Below, piece after piece: positions 1 to 13,778 of a DNA stretch of 64,000 nucleotides. Source of the DNA: Lingula anatina (Eukaryota > Animalia > Brachiopoda); NCBI GenBank assembly GCA_051362555.1, contig CM120648.1, positions 1,217,721 to 1,281,720 on the forward strand. The letters run 5' to 3'. Numbering within the stretch: the first letter of the stretch is position 1; every line of letters begins with the position of its first letter. The position numbers were made by a program, and so were the translations under genes. Under the pieces are notes generated by a model. That model saw only the letters and a program-made list of their open reading frames with translations, was not told the origin of the DNA and ran no database searches.

Positions 1-1975
1 GGAGGAGCATACAGCCAACACGACACCGGAGTATGAAACTTCTTAATTTTCGACACAGCATTCTACAGTTGGGATTGTCAAGCCTTGTCGTCTCTCAGAT
101 TACATAACATGTACACACGCATAATATCACAATGATGAAATCCACTCGAAACAGATAAAATGATGAATTAAAATTGGCTTAACAAGATTGCGGGGACTTT
201 CGGAAATCCTTGAGAACGTGATTAGAAAGGATTTAATGATATAGAGTGTTGGTATTTATGATACCCTAAAGTTGGAGATAAGAATTTAACTGTTCATTGA
301 AAACTTAAATCACGTCACTCCGAAACTCCCGCCATATTTCACTTTTGCTGTCTTCTATCACTCTTTTATTTTGTAAATCTTTGGCATGAGAATAATCCCT
401 GCACCTGTTTGTGATTGTGTTCTTTGCGTATTTTTTTCTCTCCACTCGGGCATTTAGAACAGACGGGGTCAAGGTATAAATGGTAATTTATACATGTTGT
501 CTTTCACAGTCACGGCTAGGATATATATATATTAAGCACGACTCAAAGGTAAAGCGGGCCAATTCCCCAGCGTGGTCTTAGTAGGTCTTCCCAGCAAAGG
601 TAAAGAGGGCGAATTCCGCGGCGTATTTTTAGGACATCTACCCGTCGTCTATGACACTTACATTCCAGTTGGTACAGCAGTAAGGTCGGAGATGTTCTGA
701 TAATTGTCAGCTGAAGGCCACTGAGGACGTCAACTCAACTATACAGAGCCGGTTTTATTTTTGTCAGTTGAAATAAGTATTGTAAAGCCGTTTGAAATCT
801 GTGAGTTGTTACGTATAAGCTGTCAAGTAAATGTGCAAAGCAGCCTGTTTTACTCTTAAAAGAGTACACTATGTAAGTTATGTAAGTTTTTTTCATTTTC
901 GTGACGATTTCAGCACTTTTCCCATATTCACTAAGGTGCACAGGTAGCATATCCAAAACCGTCCACAAATTAACGATATAAAGCCGACTTGTAAGTTATG
1001 ACTTCGATTTTCAGAAAAGGGCAGCTTGAAACAGTAAATAATCATTCCCTGTACGCTCTGCGATAGGTGCGCCCTTGATCTTGATAGAGAGAAAACTGCT
1101 GCAATTTCCAGGAATTTTTCCTTCTTAAGCTTCCCAAATACTAGTATAACGAGCTAACGCGCGTTGTTCACCTTTAACTTAAAGTATCCACGTAGATCAC
1201 CACACGGGAGACGGCGGCGTTTCTTTTGAAGTGGTATGATAATGGGACAAAGTGACGTAAATACTTCATGGGGGGCATGCGGGGGCTCGGCGCCATCCAT
1301 ACGCAGGGCGATAACGCTAAAGTCGGCAACTTTGAACGACAAATAAAAAGGCGCGTACACACCAGGTTACTGTTACCGTTCAAGAGACTGTAAGTAAGAA
1401 AGGATAGAAATCTGGATGGCAATTAAGCCCTGCACACGCAAATTGTAGCGTTGAACCAAATTGCAGCGTTTCAGCTGCAACGCCGAAGAGGCTATTTTGG
1501 GTAGGGGCTGCACTGCACATGTCAAAGTGACTTTCTATCGTTAAGTGTGCTTGTACTGGGAAGGGGTTTATTTGCAACAGAAATATCTCAACCCAAAATA
1601 CAGGTACGGATTGTTTTGGTAACGCTCACATTTCGCTGAGCTAGGCCGGTAGAACGTCGATCCGACTGACGTTACGTCGCCACGTAGGATTACGCGTAGT
1701 TTCGCTAAACCAGAGGAATATTAACCGATGGATTTTTGCTGCGTCGGCACACGCTTAATTGTTCAAACGTCTGCCAACGTAACTTGGAACAAACCTGGGT
1801 GCGTTCTATCATAGCTTTAATAAACATAGGTAACCTTTTAAGTTGAGTGAGGACTGATCCGAAAGGGTGGCGTGTGAATGTGGCCGTATAATGATAAAAG
1901 CCAAGAGGCAAGACTGGCCCCACGTGAATACATACGTACTTTACCACGGTAGAACAACTTAGTCCAATATAGGCA

Positions 1976-4900
1976 ATGGCGTTTGGTAGCAAGGCGGAGT
2001 TGGTGATAGAAGAATATAATGAAAATCCTAGAAAGTGGAAGAGACAACGAAAACACTTCATCTTCGCGTTATGTTTGGCTGGAGTAGTGATTATAGGACT
2101 CATTGTTATACTATCTCTAGAAGTTGCAGGTATTGCCCGCATTGGCGGCGCAGTGAACGAGAGGATCAACGGAGGAGGGAATACGGACGCGAGGGTGGGG
2201 ATTACTCCATCCCCGGACGCGCTCTCCCAAACGTGCCTAACCCCCGAATGTATTAGGGCGGCCAATGTCCTCGTCTCTGGACTAGATCCCAGCGTCGATC
2301 CCTGTCAAGATTTTTGGCAGTTCTCCTGCGGGGGATGGCTGAAAAAGAACCCAATACCGGCGGACCAACGCTACTGGGGGATAGACAGCACCATGGGAGA
2401 GACCATCAAAAGTACCCTTAAAACCATGCTAGAAACGCCGATTATGAGAGACGGCGAGTTATCATCGGAGAGAAAATTTAAGCAGTTTTATCAGAGTTGT
2501 ATGGACACGGAGGCGATAGACAAACTTGGAAAAGAACCCGCTGAGAAAATGATAGAAAACCTTGGTGGATGGGCGCCTTTAGGTGAGTTATATTTCCTGT
2601 GGGTATGGTTTTGGTTATTCGCATCGCTAGTGCTTTAAATACCCCTCTCCCTTTTTTCAGGTTACCTTAAGCAATAAATAATGACCAAAACACAGTCAAA
2701 ACTCAATTTACTCTATAAATAATTTGACAAAATAACAGGCAAACCATTTTGCCAATTTTGTCCCAACCGACGTATTATTTTTCGTCCTAAGTAGTTAGCT
2801 TATGTATACTTTAGATTTCCTTATCCCAATGTCGATATAATTGTACATGTATGGACACGGAAGTTGAAATGGTTACCTAGACCCAGTGTACTCTCTGACC
2901 GTAGGGTCCACTAGTAGTCTGTTACAAAATAATTGTATGACAGTCTTCAATTTTATGTACTATTTTAGAAGCCCCTGAAATATCAGAGGATAGGGCAAAG
3001 ATGAGGCGCACTATTTGTTTTGACCATTATATATCAAGTGAAGGAGGTTTACCTGCATTCCATAGCCTCATTGTAACACTCTCTGCATCCCATCTCAGCC
3101 TTAAGGCCGTTCGTAGTAAGAATATTTTAATATTAAAATAACAATAAACCCAGCAGTTCCTTCGCTACATGCGAGTTGTCTTTGACCCAAGGTATAGCTC
3201 TCTCTTATTCTTGATAAAATTAGTTAGCCGTTTTAAAACAAACAAAATTACCTCAAAGATGGAAACGTCAAACCTCCCAAGTAAAACACGTTTAGTCTCC
3301 TAAAGACCGATTTATTATTTTTTAATGTTATCTTTATACCAGAGACAATGAAAAGCCTATTCCACCGTCCGTTTTTGCTGTGATTTGACTCTATACGCGT
3401 AGGGGCCACATTCTGCAGCTTAGACCGTTTTCAGATTCAAACATAGCACCAGCTGGATCGATCCAACTCCGCTGGGAATTCTCGCTTAATTGCATTCAAT
3501 GTAATCAGCTTAATTGTCTGACACGCCTCCTTGGTGGCTAGGGGTAGTTAACTTTGGTGCGCGTTCGGCTTTATTACCCGCTAGCAGCTGAAGGAGGCGT
3601 GTCAGACATTTAAGCTAATTACAATGATTGCATTCGGGGAGAATCTCCCGTGAGTTGAATCGATCCAGCTAGTAGCATGGGTTTATCTGAACGTTCCCTT
3701 ATCATTAGTGTGATGAAGTGAGCAGAGAACAATATGACTGCGACGGGATTTTTCTGATTTCTCCCCAGTCCAACTCAAATAGATATTTATAAGGAAAAAA
3801 AAACTTTGGGGCATATGATTTCTTCCATGAAATATTTGACAGAAACAGATAAGAAACTTTGCCGCTGTAGTTCAAATATATATTTTCTCACGTAACTACT
3901 CAGCGTATGTAGAATTCAAATCGCTCTGTGCATGGCATATTTTCTTATAAAGCAAGTGCGTGAGCGTGTATTTTGTGACGGATTTGTTTTTGTGATGCCA
4001 TATGCTCTATATATTACACAATACAGTTTCAAAATAGAAAATTTCACCAGTCTTCAAACGAGACGAGAGCGTTCCAACATGAAAGACACTATCCATTTTT
4101 AAAACTTTGAAACACAGGCTGAGACCCATTGTGTAATTTAGTTGAACTGAACTTTTAACAAGTATTATGACAAAGGGGTATGCCGACAAGAAGGTCGAGG
4201 CTCTACGAAACCCGGGGTGTAACCCATGCTTTAATTTACCTGAAACGCGACACGTTCACCAAAAACTATGACGAAGGACTGTAAAAGATAGAAGGAATGT
4301 TAAACACTGAAATCCATGATGTGCGTTCGTTGTCATGAACTTTTAACAAAAGGCATGACTTAAAGGTATAGCGACGTGACGTACAAAGTGAGGTGTAAGA
4401 TTCTGAAGCTCAGGTCATGATTCAAAGTAGGTTGCCCTGAACTTAACGCGTTCACCAAGAATTATGGGCTACTTTAATTGAACATAATTCTCCGGCACTT
4501 GCCTCTTGTTCCCGTAATGGGGTCGCAATTGGCAGCAAGAAGAATGGGTTTTGCGTTTGATCGGCAATTTACGTCGAGTCGAACGCGTCAAAAGCGTCCA
4601 GATTTGTACCATTTAAGAAAGCAGCATCTGATTTTTCCATGTCTTTGGAAATAATGCGGCCAACCATAATACCACAAGAAACCGTTGTCTTCTACTGCGT
4701 GAGTACAATGAATTACATTTGGACCAAGGCGACCTGTGTCATCCGCCATCTGACATAAAATATGGCTGCAGCCACCATCTTGGGGTGTGTCTATTGATAT
4801 GACTGATAAGAAATGAATCTATTCCCCAGGATGGTTACAGATAAGCCTGGATCCGATAGATCGATCTAAATGACATAAGTCCCTTTTAAACAATTTAGTT

Positions 4901-5541
4901 TTCTCAACAAAGCCCCCTTTAAACATTGCCGAGAAAGCTTAATTGTTCAATATCTTTGTTCTTCATTGTTGCGGACGAGACTGGGATAGCATTTATTGCA
5001 ATCAACTCTACAGTGTCCCCCCCCCCCCCCCCCCCACACACACACACAAAAAAAAAAATTGACTAAATACTAATAATGATAAAGACATCCACATGATTAC
5101 TATCAAGTTTATTCATCTGGAGTCTGCGTCACAAAGATCGAGATCACAAACCCCGTTGTGAACGCGCCATTTACAGAGCTCCTACCTTAACGTAGGCTAC
5201 CTATCATAACCGTGGTGTATTAGGGTACTTTTATGTGGTTCTCTCCGTTATAAAAAGGCTGTAAATGGCTAAGATAGTTTGGTTCAGTTTTATGATAAGT
5301 TTGTAAACCTGCGACCTAAAGACGCTGAAAACCATGTAGGGAACGATGAAGCTTGAAAACTTTACAATCATGCTTGACCCATTTGCCATGATTCAACATA
5401 TTTCCCAGTCGAATTTATGTTTATTTTGCCGTGTAGTGAAACTGACGACATGAATATATTAAAATGTGGACGTGACCAACGTGAACCAACCATAATCTAG
5501 TGAAGAGGCTTGGTCGATCTCTGTGCACTTGCTACACACAT

Positions 5542-5599
<58 letters not shown>

Positions 5600-5602
5600 A
5601 GG

Positions 5603-5633
<31 letters not shown>

Positions 5634-8600
5634 GCGTACAGATTCGAATGATGCTATAGATAAAAAGCAAAACTTTTTAACAAAATGCTTAATCCAAAAA
5701 AGGGCACTTTTAAATTTGTGTTATCTCGTATACAGAGGTACAAATCATGAACTCATGTGGTATGTAATTAATGTGCGGTTGTTCAATATAAGTAGCCCCA
5801 CGAGTTTCGAATAAAAACCACAAACACAGCACAAAAAGTCAATTTTCAGCTCTTTTACTCTTCAGGAAATGGGTCTGAATATTCTCTTTACAAGCCTTTT
5901 CAACGGTGTAAAGCTCTACCGGAAAGGTCAGGGTCTACGGGTTTACTACCCTTTTATGCCTAAGCTTAAAATTGTAGTTGCACTATTACTACGTCTTTCC
6001 GATCAAGTATAGGCGTCTAAAAACAACCTCTTTACAACTCCTTTCCGATCAAATATAGGCGATTTTTCACACGTCTTTATAACCCTTTTCCGATGAAGTA
6101 AATGCGATATGAGGTACGTCATTATAACCCTTTTCCGATCAAATAAAGGCGATTTTAGGTAAGTATTTACTACCCTTATCTAATCAAATATGGACGATTA
6201 TAGTTATTTCAATTACTTATAGCACTGTTAATGTTTCAAATTCATGTAGCATTTCATTTAATGAGAGGAAGGCTTGTGAATTTTCAATTATAGTAATTTA
6301 TTGCAAAAAACAACAATAACCATTACAATGCAGTAGGAATTATGTTTATAAAGCGCAATACAGCTACTATATTTCACAAGTGGAAAGTAATCTTACACTA
6401 ATGTATTATTTTGTACACTCATTATACACACACCCTAAACAATAGCAAATACCATTAAAAAATTTACCTAGTAAAATAATTACGCAAATAAATACGAACC
6501 ACATTTAAATACGACTTTCCAGAACAAAATCTAAGCAAAAGTACAATTATAGGAATGTCACAGATTCATAAGTAGTCAGGCTTTTTTCCATTATTTATCT
6601 GACATCTGGTAAACATATGATGAAAACGAAAACGACTACTACTTATCCATCGACTTAATGTATTTGTAGAGAGTGGCCGCTCGTTAAATAACATGCCAAT
6701 TATGTGTGCCCTAATTGCCCGACCCCGTTTTAAAAATTACACTCATTAGGTATTTTTGTTCACATTGAGTGAGGCGATGAAGCCTAGCTTCCAAGGAAAG
6801 AGGAAATATTGTCACCAAAACCCCTACAAAATGCGTAGGCTAAAGAAATAAAATAACATTAAAAATATGGGAAAATTAAAAACAAGAGAAACGCAACACA
6901 TTATGTACCTGAAATATCCGACTAACTTAAAGTATTTAATCAAAATCAAATTAATGCTGCTCAAATTCCAAGAGAAAAATGCATTTTCAGAATAAATCTG
7001 TAGAAAATACAGCTATTTATTTCTTGAGGTGTGTGAAACGTTCATCTTATTTAGCGTGATTCGTGAAGCACCCCATTCACGCGACTTGTGAATGCAAATT
7101 GTTTATTCTCCGCCCTTCGTGAAACGAAGACATTATACCCAGTGATACGTGATTTTCAGGATATTTTTAAAATGCCTACTATCAGTGAGATAATAACGCA
7201 CTGTAATTTGTGTATTGATGATTTAGCTTCCCGCGTACTGTGGTCATTCCCCTCCCCAATTGGACTTTCAAGACTGGGCCTGAATTATTACATATCAGTT
7301 TACTTGAGATCACAGCAAAAAAATATACAAATATATGTTCAAATATAAGAAGTACTGATCTCATTGTAATAACAATATATATAAAAACAGTTAGTAAAAA
7401 TCAATCACCGTAAAGGAGATATATTAACATTTTTCATGTTGAATACCGTGATATTATCTAATCTACAACTGTGGACTCAAATCGTCCTTGCGTGTAAATT
7501 ATTTTCCACACATCAATTTGAGCAATTCTTCAGCCTGGCAGACCCCCGCGTCAGATATTTCTGCCGTTGCCCCTTTCAACACCTTCCCCTTGTTCAGTGC
7601 TGCTATCGCCCTTTCCTTTTTTTCCAGTGCGGTGTCCTTCTTAACGGTTTCTGTAAAGATATAACGAAATGATATCAAAATATATTGTATAATAACGTAT
7701 TAAACATAACTGGGTAAAGGGAACAGCATGTCTGACTAAAAAAAATTCAGAGAAAGTATCAGGATTGAGAATTACAAGAATGCATGTGCCACTACAACAG
7801 ACATGGATAATGTAATAAAATCAAAGACTTGGTAATTTATCAACACACATTGATAATCAATTATTAAAAATGAAAATAAATGAATATTATGAAAATAACA
7901 AAAGGAATGAAACCACTTACTGTCTTCATCCTCTCGTTTTTCCTGTACATTTACTTTGTACTCTGTCTCTGTGGCTATCTTCACACCACACCACATCCTC
8001 TCCTTTGTAGTTGCGATTTAATATTCGCTGTTTAGGGGTGGTCGGCTCATGTCTTAGTTAAACTAACTCTTATCAAAATAACACGATCCAGGACTGGGCC
8101 CCTGGGGACGTGTGTTTTGACAGCGCCCCTGGTTAAAAGCTTTGAGATTGCTTTTGAGACGTTAGAGTTTAGATTGAAGTATAAAGTGCTTTATTCATTG
8201 TAACGTATGCATCTACATGGATAGATGAAAATGTACAAAGGAATGCAAATATATATAAATATGAATTATGATCAATAGTGATATTGTATGACTCCTTGTA
8301 TGAAAAAAAATACAGTATAAAGTATAAAAGTCCCTTAGATGCGTTATCACGTGTTTGTGAAGAGATGATAACGGTGATAGAACGTGTCCGTCTTATAATT
8401 CTGATTCGAATTATGTTAGATAACTATTTATTGCCGTATTCAATATAATCGGCTGTTGTTTCACTTCGGTATGATGTGATGTGAGAGAGGTGTCTCGCCT
8501 CTGTATGTGTTTGACCTGAAGGGCCGACTGTACGAGATACACACAGTGCGGCGGGGGAAACGAAAAAAGGGGGGGGGGGGGGGGGGGGGTTGGACTGGTT

Positions 8601-11028
8601 GCAGAAATCGCTTTTCGGTCAACAACCTTCATCAGCTGCAGAGTCCTGAGAAAAAGAGGGGGGGGGGGGACTGTGCTTAAATAAAGAAGTGAGAAACCAA
8701 AACACTTGGTTTAAGCCTTCATCACCGCGGTTGGAGAGAGGTTACATAAAAGGTTAAATAGCTTATTGGCCACCATGCTGCTTGTTATACTGACCTCAAC
8801 TCATGAGTCATCTCTCGACCATCGTGTTTCAATGGGACTTCATGTGAAAACTGTGTTAATTACTGGTAGCAATCCCCATACAAATACAACCGAATCCGGC
8901 TGTCATCTAAAGCAGGCCTGTCCTTCTCTGTCAAAGCCCAGAACTTATAAACAAAATAGCCGTTTTTGACTTGCGGCGATTTATTTATTTACATGTGAAA
9001 AATGAATTTCTATATTGCGATATGATACATTTTCATTAGCAGAAACCCTGTAAAAGTGACACACGATGCACGTTTAATGTGCAGTGATTCTTCACTTACG
9101 TGGTTTAACCACCCCCTTCTCTTCCTCACCCACTGATAGAGAAGTACTCCTGTTATATACGTATTACGGCACATCATACTGCTAATGTTTGCTATATATC
9201 AACATATTTATCGCTGCTTTACCTTGCAAAATAACAATGATCTTATAGTTATTCAGTTTTTCAAGCAAGTTTTTTTATGACAGCTAGTTTAGAACTAATG
9301 GTTTACTAATGGTTCTAGACATGGTCTATCGAGCGAATTCTTATCGCGGGATGTACTACGATTAGTTGTGGGGCAATACTTATTCATCAAATAAAAAATG
9401 TTCTAATGCATCTCCAGTCAACAGTATTTTTGTTTTCGTCTTTTAGCTGGATGAAATATTGAAGGTGTTAGTCGGGCTTTGTTGAAATTTCCCCGGCCAC
9501 CAGCGCATAGAGTGACACATCTTTATCCTTTTTTGTTTGTTCTCCGCTCAGTGTTGATTAAATATTAGAACGATTAACGGTCACCCGCTGGTTCTTCCAA
9601 CTCCCTTATTAATTAAAGATTGGTTGCACCACTGCACACGCTGATTCAATGCATAAGCACTACGTCCATCAGTGTAATAAACTTAAGATCTATTTAAACT
9701 GCCGCAGTCTAAATAGCGATCGTGTAAGGAATCTTTATTTATACACTTTATTAACTGAAAAAATAAAAATTAAAAATACACTGACTGTGTATCATGATTT
9801 CAGTGAAATGATTTTTACTCCGTAGACACCTTAAAACGTATCCTATAAAATCCAGATTGTAAGCGCAAGTGTGATTAACAATTTCTATAGTACAAGCGAC
9901 AAGTTAAATGTTAGTCAGTTATATGTCCGCTAATTGACTTGCATTGCTGCAGCCAGAGTTGCATTATTCAAGGCCGCGGCCAAACTTTTAATAATCAAAC
10001 AGCATGGCCTTTGACCAAGTCTTATTCATTATAATTCATTGCAATTTTATGGAAATAATGATCATGCTTTTAATATAAACTTTGATATCGCTTCCAAGCA
10101 ATCTGTAATTGGACTGGATTTGATAGATCAAATACAACTTTTAGGGATAAATCAGCAAAGAGAAATGAAATGATGAATAACAAAATATGATAAGCCCTCG
10201 GGGGAAGCTTCCTCAGGAGAGATGTTCTTATGATCGGGATGATCACGCCTTTAGACAGTATATACATGTAGCGCACTTAAGATAATAAAATTAAATTTTG
10301 AAAGGAAATAACAATATAAATCTTTCAGTTCCATTGAAATCTCATGTTCTTAAATGTCAGTCACAATCCAATAACGACCGTCACATAATACCAAGGCAGG
10401 ACCCCCTGCGGAAAAACGTTGTTCAGTCGAGAAGAAAGACGAACGAGATTACGCCTGTTGAAAGGCCATGTAAAAGAGAAAGGGGTACTCCTGCGCGGAA
10501 AAACGTCATTCAGTCGCGCGTTGTAAAGGCCAGCTTGCACTGTTCCGACGTCATTCCGCGGAGGCTGAAAAATCGGAAAGATTTGTTTTTGTGCTGTGAA
10601 AACCACTTAAAAAAAGACGACATGGCCAACACTCCAAACATTTGAGCAACATATATCCATGATTTTCGCCCCAAATAAATATTTTGTTATTGCTCTGTAC
10701 ATGCTGATAAAAGATTTGAAAAGTGAATTGGCAAAAAACACATTGTGAGTGTCAAAAAATGATAAATCTTGAAAAGTGAATTCTTAGTATTTGTGGTGTT
10801 TGAAAAGTTAAAGTAATTACCGCATGTTTACGCCCTGGTCTCTCCACACATCGACAACTGTAAGTGCCGGAGAACATATTCAATGTTTATTTTACATAGT
10901 AGTTACTCTCGTATCGCCATAAAACCGTTGTTTCAACAAGTAAGCGTACGTGAGCTACATGTAGACAGAAAAATAAGTGCTATGAGTAGGAGCTGGTAGT
11001 GTGTCTGCGTGTGTGTGTGAGTGTGTGC

Positions 11029-11061
<33 letters not shown>

Positions 11062-11577
11062 TAGTGGGAGTACAAAGAGTATTGTACTACTTCCAGGCTC
11101 AATTCTATTTCTCCACAAAAATAATCACAACAACGCAACAATTAGTAATAAAAAAAGATTCGAACACTCTTAGATAAGACCTGAACAAACAAGACAGAAA
11201 AGAAAAAGGTTGTAGAGACCAAAGTCCTTCTTAACAATGGCTGCATTTGATAACAAAGAAGATAAAATAGCACAAGCTTTGAATAATGAATGACTATGAT
11301 ATGTTTTTGAGTTAAATAAATTATTTCATGTGTTGCCATCCATCTTTTTTTAATAACCCATTTATCTTTTTTATGTACAAGATACGAATATGAATTTATT
11401 TATTTATTTATTACAGCGGGTTTTTCCACTGTCACCCGTTTCACCATTGAGACTATGACAATTATATATAATTGTCAACATTCAATCCATGAATCAGTGT
11501 TCATGAACATTAAATTTTGTAGCCATTTCTTTTGTAACATATTTCTGGAGGTGTGAAAACTTCGTTGTCCAAGTGAA

Positions 11578-11616
<39 letters not shown>

Positions 11617-13726
11617 ATACTTTACAGCAACTCTGTGTTTGAGTAAGCCAAACAGAATAAACGATCAACGTGTGTTTTTGTTTAAGAATTTTTCTCTTTG
11701 CATTAGAATTTTTAACAATAATCTTAACCGGCACTTAATTTTATTTGAAATGTAAGCATGTGTCAGTTGTTTGCCATAGCCTTCCACTTCACAAAACACT
11801 GTGCAAACATGCACGCACTGCCTCTAACATGTTCTTTTTCTCCGAATTCTGACATGTTCTATTTCTCTGAAAAATTGCCGGCCAAGCATAGTTGTGTGCA
11901 GGACAAACAAATTTGACAAAACAAAAATAAAAAACAGACCTCTGACGCAAATGGTTATAAACTGGGTGTCTTTTTCTGTGTTTTCCATCGGCTATTTCTG
12001 CTTCTTCTTTGGCTAAGTAACTTGCTTGTTCTCACCGTTTTAAAGTTATAGTATAAGTAGTTGTTTGTGCCATCCGAACGACAAGCTAAAAGGAAACAAG
12101 ACACTATGAAAATAATCCCATTCCAAAAATAGTCGCTTAAGTGTGCACCTTCTTACTTCTAACCTCCCATTCAAAAATTCTATTAAAAGCGGTTCGGAGA
12201 ATTGGTCTTGCTGTAAAAAGTGTTTTGTTTTGGCACTGGTTGAAATGTATAAGAACTCCACTTAAATAAAACTTTTCTGAAATTAAGTTTGCTAAATTTA
12301 AAGTAACTTGGTCAAAATTGATGGCCGAAATCCTCGCGATGAAAACAACGTCGTCTTACCTTTGTGAGGCCAGTAAATAATGATGAATTATCATTATATA
12401 TATCAATCTTAACTGATCATCTAATAATTTTCAAATAACTTATTGAATTTGAAGATACTGTCTACTCTCACTGCCTTCTTGAACTCGTTTATTTAAATCT
12501 AACATGTACAATTTTGTAACAATTTTATTTCCAGTAAAACTGTAACAAAAAGCAGGGAATTATTTAAAAAGTGTAATAAGCAATTCGGATATTATTACTG
12601 ACTAATTGAACAGAGAGAAGGAAAGTATTAGATTACATAAAAGGAAGAAAACACGAACTGTACCTTCCAAATCTTAAAACTGCCAACGCCAGATTACTTT
12701 TTTAAATTTGATATTTTGTTTTCTTAGCTGTTCACATTAATGTTTAGTTGATTGATATTGTTCTTGACTTCTATATTAGAAATATACCTCCATATGGGAT
12801 ATTTCATGTGGACTTCCAAAGGACTTAATATAACCTCAAATTGAAATTTTAATCAATATAGATAACTAGGTTCGTTTATCCATAATGCAAATAAAAATGA
12901 TATGTATCTATTATAGTTCAAGTGTGCGTTTAGCCAATGCAAAAGAGACCACGTTACTCCATAGGTTTGCTATCAGGCTATCGCAGTGTCTTATCACAGA
13001 AGTTATGGGAAGATCGCCCCCGAGAGCCTGTCTACGGCGACCCCAGAATTGACAAACTGATACCACTGTGCCTCTGATCTTACCGCGGACGCCCCTCTCT
13101 TCACAATGTCTCGTTTGTTGCTACCTAAGACCCAAAATACTGGGTGTTAGTTGCTACAAAGGTTACTTAATTCTTACGATTGTCTGATTGTTTTCTTCCC
13201 GCAGGTGCTGTGGGTATCTCGAGCTTTTTGTTTGAGTAGGGTGATTATACGTCTTGTCTGTATTTGATTATTGGAATAGGCCAATGCATCTTTATCTACT
13301 TCGTCCTTTAGAATCTATTCGGAAAATATTTGAATTGGAACATAGAATATTTTCATTTTCAGGGGTGTTACACATCGTATCGTATCGTATTATTAGCTAT
13401 GGAAGCACATTTTGAAACAACATATCGTAAAAAAAAAAAGATGACGAAAGAAAAAAAAAGAGTGCTAATGAACAAAATCTGAGGGCAATTAAAAGCAATA
13501 TAAAAAGATGCTTCTTTCAATTAAAAAAAACTAAAGATACATATATTTCTCACCCCCACCGAGATGTACGTAATACGCCTCACTGTCTTTCTACGCCTTT
13601 TAATTACGCTCGACATAATACTCTTCATTTCACGCAGACCGCAGCGCATGTTTTCGCGTTTAGATGACGTCCTTAGGTTATTTTTGTCGACTAAATATAT
13701 ACAAAAATAAACCTTTGAGACGCCTT

Positions 13727-13778
<52 letters not shown>

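Noticed and set aside
1-36. Possible last codons of an upstream gene (GGAYSQHDTGV*)
   Set aside because: Too short to support without the upstream sequence.
544-650. ~51-bp tandem duplication (also a 38-bp duplication at ~32710-32790)
   Set aside because: Ordinary local duplications with no associated functional signal.
1705-2265. 186-aa minus-strand ORF
   Set aside because: Largely the antisense shadow of M13 exon 1, with no motifs or splice support.
5500-5814. ORFs encoding SLSL/HTHT/RERE runs (also 10933, 13664, 38608, 58199, 58382)
   Set aside because: Products of dinucleotide microsatellites.
5941-6210. 45-bp periodic array as a CRISPR-like locus
   Set aside because: Units are degenerate over their whole length with no unique spacers. 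The context is eukaryotic and there are no cas genes.
10585-10622. [11 protein letters not shown] as a THAP-domain C-terminal motif
   Set aside because: Lacks the N-terminal CxxxxC, the conserved Trp and the AVP box of THAP domains.
11224-11245. 12-nt match (GTTAAGAAGGAC after an acceptor) to exon 2 of the nested 75-aa gene
   Set aside because: Similarity does not extend on either side; compatible with chance.
11940-12085. In-frame TGA in one reading of an antisense exon, as selenocysteine
   Set aside because: No redox-motif context and no SECIS recognised; other frames are equally plausible.
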